This document shows, one piece after another, positions 29,879 through 40,702 of a DNA stretch of 64,000 nt. Position 1 is the stretch's first letter. Each line of letters opens with the position of its first letter. The DNA is from an uncultured Methanosarcinales archaeon (GTDB lineage: Archaea; Nanobdellota; Nanobdellia; Woesearchaeales; CAZYIM01). A model generated the notes under the pieces. The model did no database searches and was not told the origin of the DNA. It worked only from the letters and a program-made list of their open reading frames with translations. The position numbers were made by a program, and so were the translations under genes. The stretch covers positions 16,235 to 80,234 of the forward strand of contig CAZYIM010000002.1 of the NCBI GenBank assembly GCA_964647565.1. The letters are read 5' to 3'.

Positions 29879-30910
29879 ATGATCCGAATTGACGGTTCCC
29901 ATGGCGAGGGTGGTGGAGCGATTGTTAGGCAGGCTCTGGCGCTTAGTACGCTTACTGGCAAGGCATTTGAGGTAGTCAATATCAGGAAGGGCAGGAGCCA
30001 GCCTGGTCTAAAGGCCCAGCATCTTCATTCTATCAAGGCTCTTGTGGAGCTGACTGGTGCTGAGGTGAAAGGGGATGTCTTAGGCAATGAATGGCTACAT
30101 TTTAAACCAGGAAAGGTCAAGAGCAAGGTCATAAAGGTGGATGTTGGCACTGCAGGCTCTATCACATTGTTATTGCAGTCCTTGCTATTGCCGTGCATAT
30201 TTTCTGGAAAAAAGGTTCATTTTGAGATCACTGGTGGTACAGATGTAAAGTGGAGCCAACCGATTGATTATTTTGCTAATGTGCTACTGCCTTATCTGAA
30301 ACCTTTTGCTGATTTTGACCTTAAGATAATGAAGAGAGGATACTATCCTAAGGGCGGCGGGCAGATATCTTTGATGATAACTGGCAAAAAGAGGCTGGAT
30401 GAGTGCAAGGCTGTAAATCATACTACCAGGGGCAAGATATTGCATCTTAAAGGTGTCTGCCATGGATCAATTGAGCTGGAATCTGCTAATGTGGTGCAGA
30501 GGATGTCAAGTTCAGCTGAGCTTTTATTATTGAAGTATGGCAAGGTGAACATCCAGCAGCAATACTGCAAGAGCCTTTCTGTTGGTACTGGCATAACTGT
30601 CTGGGCCATTCTTGGAGATGGCTATTATGAGCATTTCTCGATATTAGGTGCTGACTGCCTTGGAGAGAAGGGAGTGCAGGCAGAGAAGGTTGGTGAGATG
30701 GCTGCTCATGCTTTAATTAAGGAGATAGAATCACAGGCTCCGGTTGATCACTTCCTTGCAGACCAGTTGGTTCCCTTGCTTGGTTTGTTGGGCGGGCAGA
30801 TGATCACTTCAGAGATCACAGATCACACCAAGTCTAATATCTATGTCACAGAGCAGTTTCTAGACGTAAAGTTTATAACTGAGGGCAACAGAATCAAAGT
30901 GGAGAAGTAA
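29879..30910 (+). CDS. rtcA: RNA 3'-terminal phosphate cyclase
   Basis: MIRIDGSHGEGGGAIVRQALALSTLTGKAFEVVNIRKGRSQPGLKAQH matches the RtcA N-terminus. ATG at 29879. Confidence 0.8.
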   Translation: MIRIDGSHGEGGGAIVRQALALSTLTGKAFEVVNIRKGRSQPGLKAQHLHSIKALVELTGAEVKGDVLGNEWLHFKPGKVKSKVIKVDVGTAGSITLLLQSLLLPCIFSGKKVHFEITGGTDVKWSQPIDYFANVLLPYLKPFADFDLKIMKRGYYPKGGGQISLMITGKKRLDECKAVNHTTRGKILHLKGVCHGSIELESANVVQRMSSSAELLLLKYGKVNIQQQYCKSLSVGTGITVWAILGDGYYEHFSILGADCLGEKGVQAEKVGEMAAHALIKEIESQAPVDHFLADQLVPLLGLLGGQMITSEITDHTKSNIYVTEQFLDVKFITEGNRIKVEK

Positions 30911-30914
30911 TAAC

Positions 30915-32864
30915 ATGCAATTTCAAGGCTTTACATTAGATAAGTTCCAGGAAGATGCTGTGGCTGCTGTCAACAGGAACCATTCTGTTGTTGTTTCTGC
31001 GCCAACAGGTTCCGGAAAGACTCTGATTGCAGATTATATCATCGATAAGTTTCTGCAGTCTGATACCAGGGTTATCTATACTGCACCCATCAAGGCCCTT
31101 TCAAACCAGAAATATCATGATTTCTGCAAGGATTATGGTGAGGATAAGATAGGTCTGATTACAGGTGATATTGTGATCAATCCAAATGCCCAGGTAGTCA
31201 TAATGACCACAGAGGTCTACCGGAACATGGCTATTATTGATGATCCTATGCTGGACCAGGTCTCTTATTGTATCATGGATGAGATACACTTCATAAATGA
31301 TGAGGAAAGAGGTCATGTCTGGGAAGAGTCGATAATGTTCAGCGGTGAGAATGTCCGTTTCCTTTTTCTATCTGCTACAATACCTAATGCAGAGGAGTTT
31401 GCAGCGTGGGTCGGCAAGATCAAGCAGCACGAGGTAGAAGTCATCAGATGGGATATTCGGCCGGTTCCACTTAAGATAAGGTTCTTTGATGCAGAACTGG
31501 GCATAACAACTTTGGAGAAACTTAACAAGAAACGTGAGGATGATGATATTCCACAATACAAGAACATGTACTCGAGGCATAGGCATGTCCAAAAACAGAA
31601 GATACCACCTCCTAATTATCAGGATCTTGTCAGGGAGATAAAGGGCCAGGACCAGATGCCCTGCATATTCTTTGTCTTTTCAAGGGCCAAAACCCAGGAA
31701 TATGCACTTAAACTTTCTAAAAAAAAGAGTTTCTTAAGCCAGAATGAATACAGGAAGATGGCAGAGATCACAAGTACTGAGTATGCAAACTTAAGCAGCC
31801 AGGTGTCTGCGCTCAAATCAACCCATCAGCTAAGGCAGTGTATATCAAATGGTGTTGCGTTTCATCATGCAGGATTATTGCCTGATGTCAAGCACATAAT
31901 AGAGAAACTCTTTGCCGTGGGCCTGATAAAGGTTCTATTTGCTACCGAGACATTTGCTGTGGGCATAAACATGCCTGCCAGATGTGTCTGCTTTGATGGT
32001 CTAAGGAAATTTACTGGTGTTGGATTTCGTTATCTTACATCCAAGGAGTTCTTCCAGATGTCTGGTCGGGCTGGCAGGAGAGGTATTGACAAAGAAGGCC
32101 TTGCTGTTGCTATGGTACACAGGACCCGGGAAGACATAAAGAAGATAGATGCTTTTACAAAAAAGGATATGCTGCCTCTCAAGTCTCAATTCAAGCTTAC
32201 ATATAATACCATCCTGAACATGGTCAATATGCATTCAGCTGAGGAGATAACTAAGATACTTAGGATGAACTATTTCACATACCAGGCAACCAAGGACCGG
32301 GGTGATAACAGGGTCTTAGGCGCTATTAAAGCCAGGTATACAAAGGCTGTTAGGATTCTTACCCAGATGGGCTATATCAAGGATGACAAGCTTACTGAAC
32401 TTGGATTGTTCACCACCAAGATATTCTCAAATGAGCTTGAAGTCTCACAATTGTTCGGCACTAAGTTCGACTATCCTATTGATGAATATTTTATGATTCT
32501 TGTCTTGGGTGCTTTGATCTACGAGCCTAAAAGAGGTGTTCGTTTCTACGAGAAATTCACCTCGAAGCAGCTATTTAAGTTCATATCAGTCATAAAGCAT
32601 CATAACTATCTTAGGAAAGGTAAATGGTCTGATAATATTGAGAAGGTGACTGCATTGATCTATCCCTTGTTCCAGCAGAAGAAGTTCATTGACATACTGA
32701 AGAACACTAACATGCTTGAAGGTGATGTCATAAGATTCTTCATGCAGATAATGGACAAGCTTGAACAGATAGACAGGGCTTCTGAGGATTTTGAGCTTAC
32801 TGAAAGAGTGAGGAATGCCAAGCAGACCATAAGGGCTGCTTTGGAAGGAATACATATCTTTTGA
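30915..32864 (+). CDS. Ski2-like DEAD/DEAH-box helicase
   Basis: Walker A APTGSGKT, DEIH box, SAT, HHAGL and QMSGRAGRRG motifs. Confidence 0.8.
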   Translation: MQFQGFTLDKFQEDAVAAVNRNHSVVVSAPTGSGKTLIADYIIDKFLQSDTRVIYTAPIKALSNQKYHDFCKDYGEDKIGLITGDIVINPNAQVVIMTTEVYRNMAIIDDPMLDQVSYCIMDEIHFINDEERGHVWEESIMFSGENVRFLFLSATIPNAEEFAAWVGKIKQHEVEVIRWDIRPVPLKIRFFDAELGITTLEKLNKKREDDDIPQYKNMYSRHRHVQKQKIPPPNYQDLVREIKGQDQMPCIFFVFSRAKTQEYALKLSKKKSFLSQNEYRKMAEITSTEYANLSSQVSALKSTHQLRQCISNGVAFHHAGLLPDVKHIIEKLFAVGLIKVLFATETFAVGINMPARCVCFDGLRKFTGVGFRYLTSKEFFQMSGRAGRRGIDKEGLAVAMVHRTREDIKKIDAFTKKDMLPLKSQFKLTYNTILNMVNMHSAEEITKILRMNYFTYQATKDRGDNRVLGAIKARYTKAVRILTQMGYIKDDKLTELGLFTTKIFSNELEVSQLFGTKFDYPIDEYFMILVLGALIYEPKRGVRFYEKFTSKQLFKFISVIKHHNYLRKGKWSDNIEKVTALIYPLFQQKKFIDILKNTNMLEGDVIRFFMQIMDKLEQIDRASEDFELTERVRNAKQTIRAALEGIHIF

Positions 32865-33301
32865 AAATGTCAGAAAAACCTAAATTAGGCAAATCTTCAA
32901 ATGGGAAGGAGATGCATTATTCTGCAGGCGCTATACTAAAAAAGGATGGTAAATATTTGCTTGTTGACAGGCTCAACCCTCCATTGGGCTTTGCAGGCCT
33001 TGCAGGCCATATCGAAGATGGTGAGACTCCTGAGCAGGCTCTTTTTCGGGAAGTGAAAGAGGAGAGCAATCTGGATGTCAAGAGCTACAAGCTTCTTTTT
33101 GTGCAGGAGATTGATGGCAATGTCTGCAGCAGGGGAGTTCCTGTACATTATTGGTATTTCTATGAGTGTGAGGTTGAAGGGGAGATAAGATTTAATTCTG
33201 ACGAATCCAAGTCAATTGATTGGTATTCCAAAGACGAGCTTTTGAAGCTAAATCTGGAGCCTATTTGGGCATTTTGGTTCAAGAAACTAGGCATATTATA
33301 G
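32861..33301 (+). CDS. NUDIX hydrolase
   Basis: Nudix box GHIEDGETPEQALFREVKEESNL. ATGA overlap with helicase stop. Confidence 0.75.
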   Translation: MKMSEKPKLGKSSNGKEMHYSAGAILKKDGKYLLVDRLNPPLGFAGLAGHIEDGETPEQALFREVKEESNLDVKSYKLLFVQEIDGNVCSRGVPVHYWYFYECEVEGEIRFNSDESKSIDWYSKDELLKLNLEPIWAFWFKKLGIL

Positions 33302-33525
33302 TAATTCTCCATTAGGGACTCTGTTCTGAACAGGGGATTTATCCCGCCTAGCGTAGTCAAGTGTTCAGGATCTGATTAAAATAGAATCGGTTTGCAGTCG
33401 ATAACATGAGGAGTGCAAAGCGCGGGAAAATTCTCTGCGTAAGCATTCTGGACAGAGCCCCATTAGGAAAACATTTTTAAATAATATTTATCTCGTTATT
33501 TTAACATTTTGAGGGGTGATATTAT

Positions 33526-33744
33526 ATGAAAAAAGAAGTTCTAGAAAAGCTTGCAGCTCTTTTAACAGCTGCGTTTGGACTTGTTGCTGCTCTGGCTTGG
33601 AATGGTGCGATAAAGGCTATCTTTATTGAGCTATTCGGCACAGCAGATACAATTCTTGGAATGCTTATCTATGCTGTTGTTGTTACTATAATCGCTGTTT
33701 TAGTGGTTATCCAGATCGGCAAAGCAACCGGAGAAGCAAAATAG
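33526..33744 (+). CDS. small two-helix membrane protein, hypothetical
   Basis: 72 aa, two hydrophobic helices. A family of similar small proteins is common in archaea. Confidence 0.45.
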   Translation: MKKEVLEKLAALLTAAFGLVAALAWNGAIKAIFIELFGTADTILGMLIYAVVVTIIAVLVVIQIGKATGEAK

Positions 33745-33770
33745 ACTTTTTTTATTTTTTTTTTAATTTC

Positions 33771-36044
33771 TTATGCTAATCCTTTTGCAATTATAGCTAA
33801 ATTGATATCATCATAGAGTTCTCGAATGGCATTGTATATGTTAGCCTTTTCAGCACCTTCGAGCTCGCTGATCACAAAGAGCTGTTTCATATCCAAATAC
33901 ATGGCCTTTGCATCCTCGATCTTGCCGTTTTCAAGCAGGTCTCTACAAAGCCGGACCATCTCCTCAAACTTGGAATGCTTGTCCTTGGGCAGGTGAGCCT
34001 TGTCAAGAGGAACATCCTTATGAGGGCTAAGTTGTTTGAGCTTTTCATTGAGATAAACTTCGAAACCCTTTTCCTCAATAGCCTCTTTCTTCTTCTCTAG
34101 TTTTTTCTCTGCAGATGCCATTTTCCTGGCTATTCTCTTAGATTCCGCGTAGTCGTGGCTTACTTGTTTCTTCCTTTCTTCAAATTTCGTAAGCTTTTCT
34201 TCGTACTTATTCTCATCTCTCTCGAGCTTATGTTGATCGATCAATAGTTGTTTAGCCTGTTTCTCAAGCGCTTTCTCCCTTTCCTTTAAGAGAACATATC
34301 TTCTTTTTACATCAGTTTCCAGATCCATTACTTCAGTACCTACCTTTGAGAGCATCTTTTCATCATGCTTGACCTCTTTTTCAAGGGCACGCTCAGCTTC
34401 AAGTCTAAGTGATAGCTTTTTTGACAATCTGGTGAATTCTGCCTTCTTCCTACCTGCTTCCTTCACCTTTTGGTCACAAACAAGCTTTAATTTATCTGCC
34501 TCTTCTTTCATGGCCTTTATGGTTTCAGCCTGTTTGAGTAGTTTGCTTGCAGCCTTTTTGTCTTTATTGAAGGTGGCTAGCTCTTCATCATATTGTGCCT
34601 TTAGTTGATCATACTCAGCGATCTTCTTGTCCCTGAGCGCAGTTTTCCTGGCAAGTAGCTCTTTTTGATTGGCCAATTTTATAGCGAGTTCCTTCTTAAC
34701 CTTTTCATTTATTGTTATGTTTAACCTCTTATTCCTCTTGACCAGTTCCTTCATCTTCTTATTGAATCGAAGTGTAAGTTCCTTGAATTTTTTATTGTAT
34801 CTTGCATTGAGTTCCTTATTCTTTTTCGCATATTTGGCTCTAACATTCTTATTGACGACATTATCGAATTTTTTCCTCTCAAGAGCCAGCTTGTTCTCAC
34901 CTTGAGTAAGAGCTCTCTTTTTCTTGGCCAACTCCCTTTTGAGCTTCTGGATATCATCTAATGCAACCTCCAGATCCCTTTCGACATTAGGATCAAAAGG
35001 CATATCGTATGATTCGTTTAAGACCTTTTTTATATCCTCAGAATAATCCTTAGGAATAAGATCCTGGACAGCTACATCAGGTTTAGGAGGTTCAGGTATC
35101 TCGTGTTCTTTAATTGGTGGTGGAGGCAAATCAATTTTTTTAGGTTTTATTGCCTTTTTGAGTTTGTGTAATACACCTTTTTTCTCAGGTTCTGGTGGTG
35201 GAGGCGGAGGAGGCATAGGCATATTGGATTGAGGTTCTGGGGGTTCACTGATTGTTTCTCCTGTAGCATCAAAAAGTTCATTTTGCAGGTCGGATTTCTC
35301 TTTTTCCAAGTCATCAAAATGTTCTTCTGGAGCTTTTTCCTTTTCTTCTGCCACCTTTACTTCTTCCTTATGATTAAAATCAGCCCACCCACTATCTTTA
35401 TTGGATGAGGTCGTATCTGCTTCAATCCAAACATTCTTTTTTGAGGTTTTTTTCTTTCCTTTGGTTTTTGTTTTAGCTTTTTTGACCTCTTTTTTCTTTT
35501 CAATAGGTTTAGCTTGCGCAATTGACTGTTGGCTGAAATCATCTGCAGGTTCAGAGAAATCTATATCCTCTGCCATAGGAGCTGGTTCTTCTGGTAAAGG
35601 AGGTTCTTTAGTATCTGGAACATCAGATTTTTCTTCTTCAGGCTTAAAATCCTGATCCTTATCAGGCAGTCTCCTGAATTCGTCAAAACCAGTGAATACA
35701 TCATCCATTGAATCTGGCAATACAGTATCCTTTGAGGGGTCCTTAGGTTCGTCTGCTATTGAATCAAGGATAGAATCATCTATCGGTTCTTTAGGCTGTT
35801 TGCTCTCTTCCTCTATGGGGATGTCAAGTTTTGCTCTAAGTTCTGCCAAGTCAGGATCTATTGGTGGTCCTATATCCTTCTCAGCCTTAGAAACCGCTTC
35901 GCTTTTCTTCTCTTTTTTACTAAAAAGCTTAGAAAATATACTTTTTTTGTCCTCTTCTTTTTTCTTTAATTGTTCACCTAATGATTCACCCGCACTTATT
36001 TGTGGTGGCGTAGGTGGCAAAATACCCTCGTCAACCATCGTCAC
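33771..36044 (-). CDS. large lysine/glutamate-rich coiled-coil protein with proline-rich linker
   Basis: 757 aa. Long heptad-like K/E-rich segments, a PPPPPPPEPEKK stretch, and an acidic N-terminal region. Overlapping plus-strand ORFs are low-complexity artefacts. Confidence 0.55.
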   Translation of the reverse strand: MTMVDEGILPPTPPQISAGESLGEQLKKKEEDKKSIFSKLFSKKEKKSEAVSKAEKDIGPPIDPDLAELRAKLDIPIEEESKQPKEPIDDSILDSIADEPKDPSKDTVLPDSMDDVFTGFDEFRRLPDKDQDFKPEEEKSDVPDTKEPPLPEEPAPMAEDIDFSEPADDFSQQSIAQAKPIEKKKEVKKAKTKTKGKKKTSKKNVWIEADTTSSNKDSGWADFNHKEEVKVAEEKEKAPEEHFDDLEKEKSDLQNELFDATGETISEPPEPQSNMPMPPPPPPPEPEKKGVLHKLKKAIKPKKIDLPPPPIKEHEIPEPPKPDVAVQDLIPKDYSEDIKKVLNESYDMPFDPNVERDLEVALDDIQKLKRELAKKKRALTQGENKLALERKKFDNVVNKNVRAKYAKKNKELNARYNKKFKELTLRFNKKMKELVKRNKRLNITINEKVKKELAIKLANQKELLARKTALRDKKIAEYDQLKAQYDEELATFNKDKKAASKLLKQAETIKAMKEEADKLKLVCDQKVKEAGRKKAEFTRLSKKLSLRLEAERALEKEVKHDEKMLSKVGTEVMDLETDVKRRYVLLKEREKALEKQAKQLLIDQHKLERDENKYEEKLTKFEERKKQVSHDYAESKRIARKMASAEKKLEKKKEAIEEKGFEVYLNEKLKQLSPHKDVPLDKAHLPKDKHSKFEEMVRLCRDLLENGKIEDAKAMYLDMKQLFVISELEGAEKANIYNAIRELYDDINLAIIAKGLA

Positions 36045-36168
36045 TCCCCCTTTTTTTCTTTATAATTAAGAATTAGAATGAATTTATATTATCACCTATA
36101 AAAATCTTTTGTTTTTATTATTGTGAACTTTAATAAAATTTATATAATGGTAACTCTATTTCTTAATT

Positions 36169-36531
36169 ATGAAAGGGCCTGTTCTTACTGATCTTCAGAT
36201 TTATTTTGATAGGATAGAGGGAAGAATCTCTGTTTTGGAAGCAGATTCTTTGACCATTGAGAATGAGATGGCAAGCAGGGATGAACGACTTTTGGAGCAT
36301 TATGAAAATACATCTGCTAAACTTAACAGGATTCGTGGGGAAATTGCCAATCTGAACTCAGATATTAAGAACATGATGCATACTATTAAGATTGTGATTG
36401 GTAGCCTGAAGCAGACTGTTAAAAAAGATGTATTTAATGCATTTCAAGAAAAAGTTGATGACTGGAGTCCAGAAACATTTATTTCACGCGAAACCGCCAA
36501 GAGAATGATCAAAGAAGCTAAGAACGATTAA
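36169..36531 (+). CDS. hypothetical coiled-coil protein
   Basis: 120 aa. Confidence 0.4.
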   Translation: MKGPVLTDLQIYFDRIEGRISVLEADSLTIENEMASRDERLLEHYENTSAKLNRIRGEIANLNSDIKNMMHTIKIVIGSLKQTVKKDVFNAFQEKVDDWSPETFISRETAKRMIKEAKND

Positions 36532-37407
36532 CTATAAGATCTTTTCTTTCTTTAGGACAGCTTTCAATGATGTTAGTGCAACTTCTATTTGCTTATCATC
36601 TGGCGGATTGGTTGTTAAACTCTGTAGCCAGAGCCCTGGTGCTGCTATTATCCTGAAGAGCAGAAAATGGTGAAATTTACTTGTTAGCTTCATGAATTCG
36701 TACGAGACTCCCATGATTACAGGCAATAATAGGATTCTGAGCAGATATTTCTGCCAAAAGCTGACTGTGAATGGGATGAAGATATAGATGATTATGCTCA
36801 AGACCAATACGCTTAAGATAAAGGTTGTTCCGCACCTTGTGTGTGCTGTAGAATATTTCTTTACGTTTTTCACATTGAGCTCTTTACCTGTTTCAAAACA
36901 ATGGATTGTCTTATGTTCTGCTCCATGATATGCAAATATGCGTTTCATATCTTTAAGTTTGGAGATTATGGCTAGGTAAAGTACGAAGATGGTAGCTTTT
37001 ATGATGCCATCAATCAGATTGTATAGGAGATTGTTCACTCCTAACCCTTTTTTAAAGAGTTCGGCAATACCTAGGGGCAATAGCTTAAACATGACCAAAG
37101 CAAAAAGTACTGCAAGCGCTAATGATATTACGAGCTCCCATGTTGAGAATTTATCATCTGATTCGTCTAAAGCCTGGTTGCTTGACCAGGTAAGTGATTT
37201 TAAGCCTGTGGAGAGCATCTCGATCATTGAGACCACACCTCTTATGAATGGCCATTTGAGCACTGGTTTTTTGGTCCAGGAAACATGTTTTTTTACTGTT
37301 GTAATGATTTTGCCATTGGGTTTTCTAACAGATGTTGCAATGTAATTAGGGCTTTTCATCATAACTCCCTCAATTACAGCTTGGCCGCCAACAAGGATCT
37401 TCTTCAT
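36532..37407 (-). CDS. DUF1385-family membrane protein
   Basis: N-terminal GGQAVIEGVMMKSPNY is the characteristic DUF1385 start. Several TM helices follow. Confidence 0.6.
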   Translation of the reverse strand: MKKILVGGQAVIEGVMMKSPNYIATSVRKPNGKIITTVKKHVSWTKKPVLKWPFIRGVVSMIEMLSTGLKSLTWSSNQALDESDDKFSTWELVISLALAVLFALVMFKLLPLGIAELFKKGLGVNNLLYNLIDGIIKATIFVLYLAIISKLKDMKRIFAYHGAEHKTIHCFETGKELNVKNVKKYSTAHTRCGTTFILSVLVLSIIIYIFIPFTVSFWQKYLLRILLLPVIMGVSYEFMKLTSKFHHFLLFRIIAAPGLWLQSLTTNPPDDKQIEVALTSLKAVLKKEKIL

Positions 37408-37504
37408 AGCAAAATAATTTTATTATTCTTTTTATAAATTTTGTGGGTATAGAACAAGTATATGTTATGAATGAAAAATAAAAAAAATAAAAAAAGGAAA
37501 AGAT

Positions 37505-37990
37505 TTACGATGCTTTTCCTGCAATGCTTCCAAGGGCTTTGTTGGGTAATCCGTTTTCAAGATTCTTATATAAAACCTGCATCTCTCCCTTGAATCTTCC
37601 TGCTGTAATGCCGTTAGAACAGTTAAAACGTATTGTTACTTTTTCATTGTTGGCAATTGTTACAGGTACAGCAGCTAATGTACAGCCTGCGCCAGCACAT
37701 GCAGCGATTCCGCTTGTTGTACAGTCGTCACCAGTCACATCTTCATAGCCTGTTATGTTTATTGAGGCACCGTTGTTGTTGGTTAATACAACTGATACTG
37801 TGTTTGAGTCTGCTGCTACAGATGCCTTACCTACGCAGTCCATTCCAGAAGGAAATGCACATCTTTCTGGAAGCAGGCTTGCCGTATCTAATACTCCGAA
37901 ATAAGCCAGAGCGCCTATGGCTGCTAATACTACTAGAATAGCCCATCCATAGGTCATAAGAAATTCCATTGCGGCTTGACCTTTTCTCAT
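37505..37990 (-). CDS. archaeal type IV pilin-like protein (class III signal peptide)
   Basis: MRKGQAAMEFLMTYGWAILVVLAAIG has the archaeal prepilin motif KGQ-A-EFL followed by a hydrophobic helix. Confidence 0.65.
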   Translation of the reverse strand: MRKGQAAMEFLMTYGWAILVVLAAIGALAYFGVLDTASLLPERCAFPSGMDCVGKASVAADSNTVSVVLTNNNGASINITGYEDVTGDDCTTSGIAACAGAGCTLAAVPVTIANNEKVTIRFNCSNGITAGRFKGEMQVLYKNLENGLPNKALGSIAGKAS

Positions 37991-38191
37991 ACTTACACCT
38001 CTTTTATTTTTTTATTATTAATATACTTTTTTATATATTAGTTGCCTTTAATATATAAAGCTTTCGGTTTTTATATAATGAAAGTCGAAACTTGGCAGAC
38101 TCTGCTGCGCTACGTCTCTCAGGTTCAATTTTTTAAAAAATTAACTTCGAGGAACGGTTTTTTTGTGAGAAATCTAAGATTTGTCTCTTAC

Positions 38192-39892
38192 TCATAGGAA
38201 AACACTCAATAGGCCTCCAATTAAGGCATTTGAGACAAAGTATAGAAGGACAGTGACAATTATGAAAACAGGGATAAATTTGATGCCCTGCTTGATATTG
38301 CCCTTCTTGATTGTAGCGATTATGCAGGAAGAGAAAAATGAGGTTATTGTCAGTGAAACAATAGCAAATATGGTCAATGATTGTATACTTATAGAATCTC
38401 CTGACATGTTCAGGCTGATCAGGCTACCGCTCGTGGGTAATGTACTCATATCAATACCACCGACAATCTGGGTTATGATAGCTACCAATTGGGTTGCAAG
38501 GCCTAATAAGACAGGCGCACCTACAATAGTTGCAAAACCAATGAAGATTACATAAGTGGTGACATTGGCAGCCATCTCCTTTTTTAGCAACCTGGTTTCT
38601 TGGATGTCTGTCGCGATCTTTGAAAGGAGCTCAGCAAGCTCTCCTCCTGCTTCCAGACCCTCTAATAATATGTTGATAGATCGTTTTAAAACCTTTGAAT
38701 CAAACTTATTAGCAAAATTACGTAGTGCATTCTGCAGGTTCTCTCCTGCAATAGTGGCTTTGGCCACCTCTTGTATCTCAAGGGCCAGTATGCCAAATCG
38801 AGGCCTTACAGCCGCCCACATTGCCTTTTCAATGGTCATGCCTGCGCTGATATTTGCAGATGTTAGCTGGAGGAAATCTGGCAGCACATCTTCAACCTGC
38901 AGTCTTCTGTGGAATATACGAAGGTCTACAACTACATAAATAAATAACCATGTAATGAGCAGTAAAAACACAAATACAAAGGTCCATAAAATAACAATAA
39001 ACAACAATACCTTTAGAACATTAGTGTTATTTAGTCCGAAAATGACTAGGAAGAACGCTGTTGCTGCAAGGCAAAGTATGAGTGCGATCTTGAATGTCTT
39101 GGCCTTAAGGGAGGTTTCATCTGTTTGAGTAAGACCTGCCTTTTGGAAATATTCTTTGACAATCTTCTTTTTCACAGACTTTTTTTGGTGTTTGAGCTCA
39201 TCTTTGGACTTTACAGCTTTTTCTATTTTATACGATTTGTTCTTTCTTAATATAGTTCTGACTCTGATATCAACAAATAAATAAAACAAGCCCCATCCCA
39301 CTAAAAAGATTAATGCAAAGACCAGAGTCCAAAGGAGTCCGATGAATATCAGTAGCTTCATTACCGAATTGTGGGAGATGGCAGAACTTATCAGGGAAAC
39401 TATAGATATGATTAAGCATATTGTTACTGATATCCTGAAAATCAATCTTTGCATAGACTGCTCGTTTAAATGTCTGAGACCTGCTTTCTCAGCATAGTTT
39501 TTGAAAATAAGCTGCTCCTTATGCAAAAGCCGTTCAAACAGGTTTACTGGTTTTTTCAAGGGGAGGTGATGCTTTTCATGCTTTTTTTCTTTTATGGTGG
39601 GAGTTTTTGTTTCGAGTGGTTTCTCTTCTTTTTGTTCTGGTTGGCTTAGTTTTAGCTTCTTTAATCTAAAACTTGGTCTGGAAGGGCGGATTTTAGAGAA
39701 TAATGTGCTTAAATGTTCTTTTATATTAAAGGAAGGTCTTGTCTTTTTTGGTTCTGGAGTTTTTGTATCTGTCTTTGGAACTTTTTGTTTCTGAGGTTTA
39801 GCAGGGCTCTTCTTTTCTGTAACCGCCTGCACATTATCTTCACCCATAATTTTATCATAATCATCCAGCATGTCTTTGATGTCTTTTGTCAT
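38192..39892 (-). CDS. type II secretion system F-domain (TadC/FlaJ-like) pilus membrane protein
   Basis: C-terminal T2SSF-like region (MTIEKAMWAAVRPRFGILALEIQEVAKATIAGENLQNALRNFANKF) with flanking TM helices. Long lysine-rich N-terminal extension. Confidence 0.65.
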   Translation of the reverse strand: MTKDIKDMLDDYDKIMGEDNVQAVTEKKSPAKPQKQKVPKTDTKTPEPKKTRPSFNIKEHLSTLFSKIRPSRPSFRLKKLKLSQPEQKEEKPLETKTPTIKEKKHEKHHLPLKKPVNLFERLLHKEQLIFKNYAEKAGLRHLNEQSMQRLIFRISVTICLIISIVSLISSAISHNSVMKLLIFIGLLWTLVFALIFLVGWGLFYLFVDIRVRTILRKNKSYKIEKAVKSKDELKHQKKSVKKKIVKEYFQKAGLTQTDETSLKAKTFKIALILCLAATAFFLVIFGLNNTNVLKVLLFIVILWTFVFVFLLLITWLFIYVVVDLRIFHRRLQVEDVLPDFLQLTSANISAGMTIEKAMWAAVRPRFGILALEIQEVAKATIAGENLQNALRNFANKFDSKVLKRSINILLEGLEAGGELAELLSKIATDIQETRLLKKEMAANVTTYVIFIGFATIVGAPVLLGLATQLVAIITQIVGGIDMSTLPTSGSLISLNMSGDSISIQSLTIFAIVSLTITSFFSSCIIATIKKGNIKQGIKFIPVFIIVTVLLYFVSNALIGGLLSVFL

Positions 39893-39895
39893 TTT

Positions 39896-40702
39896 TTACA
39901 TTTCCATAGGAGGTCTTGATGACTTGATTATCGAGAGGAACATGAACTGCACAAAGCCCAGGAATCCTGCAAATAACAGTAATACTGTAAGGGATATCTT
40001 AATTCCGATAAAGAGGGACATGACAACCATAAAGGCTGTGCCTAATGAGGGAACAATGACTGCGATCATCATGTAGAACATAGCTAATGGGTTAAGTTTT
40101 CTTCCATATTCCTTGACAGCGATCTGCTGCTGTCTGATAACCTGTGAAATGACTGTGTTTAAAGAGTTTGCAACATTGGCGCCAGTTCTCATGGAGTTGA
40201 GGATCTGCCACAAGATCTTTCTGAAGTTGGTTGAAGATGTGGTTGTGATCATCTCATTCAATGCATCTTCAAGAGGTGTTCCAAGATCAACCTTCTGTAC
40301 TACCTCATTGAAATATGGGCCGACAATATCATAGTTCTTGGCCAGGTTCTTGAATACCTGGTATAGCGGTACTCCTGATTCCAGCTCGATTATAAGGAAT
40401 CTGCCTGCAAAGACCAACTCCTGGTCAATCTGCATATTGATCTTATCTATCTTAACATCTGCATACCTAAGGAAGTACATGAATGCTATAAAGAAGACTA
40501 TGGGCACGAAGAAGATCACCCCTATAGACTTTAAGAATGTGAAGAAGATGATAAGCAGTCCTACTGAAAGAAAAAGGGAGCTCATAAAGGTTCTTCTGAC
40601 ATATTGTTCAGGTGTATATGGCAGCCTTGCCTGTTCAAGTTTCAGGGCTAATCCTGGAATCTTCCTGGCAATATTTTTATAGAGCAGCATTTTAAAAATC
40701 AA
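39896..40702 (-). CDS. type II secretion system F-domain (TadB/TadC-like) pilus membrane protein
   Basis: GVPLYQVFKNLAKNYDIVGPYFNEVVQKVDLGTPLEDALNEM matches the T2SSF domain. TM helices either side. Confidence 0.65.
   Translation of the reverse strand: MIFKMLLYKNIARKIPGLALKLEQARLPYTPEQYVRRTFMSSLFLSVGLLIIFFTFLKSIGVIFFVPIVFFIAFMYFLRYADVKIDKINMQIDQELVFAGRFLIIELESGVPLYQVFKNLAKNYDIVGPYFNEVVQKVDLGTPLEDALNEMITTTSSTNFRKILWQILNSMRTGANVANSLNTVISQVIRQQQIAVKEYGRKLNPLAMFYMMIAVIVPSLGTAFMVVMSLFIGIKISLTVLLLFAGFLGFVQFMFLSIIKSSRPPMEM

Noticed and set aside
34369-36069. Several plus-strand ORFs (34369, 34669, 35401, 35692) rich in S/F/L
   Set aside because: They are antisense to the 757-aa K/E-rich coiled-coil gene. 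AAG/GAA-rich sense codons give stop-free antisense frames, and the translations are low-complexity.
38181-38939. Plus-strand ORFs 38181-38555, 38556-38939 and others inside 39594-40682 and 40762-42308
   Set aside because: They are antisense to the T2SSF-domain genes and the secretion ATPase, which have strong motif support. They are shadow ORFs.
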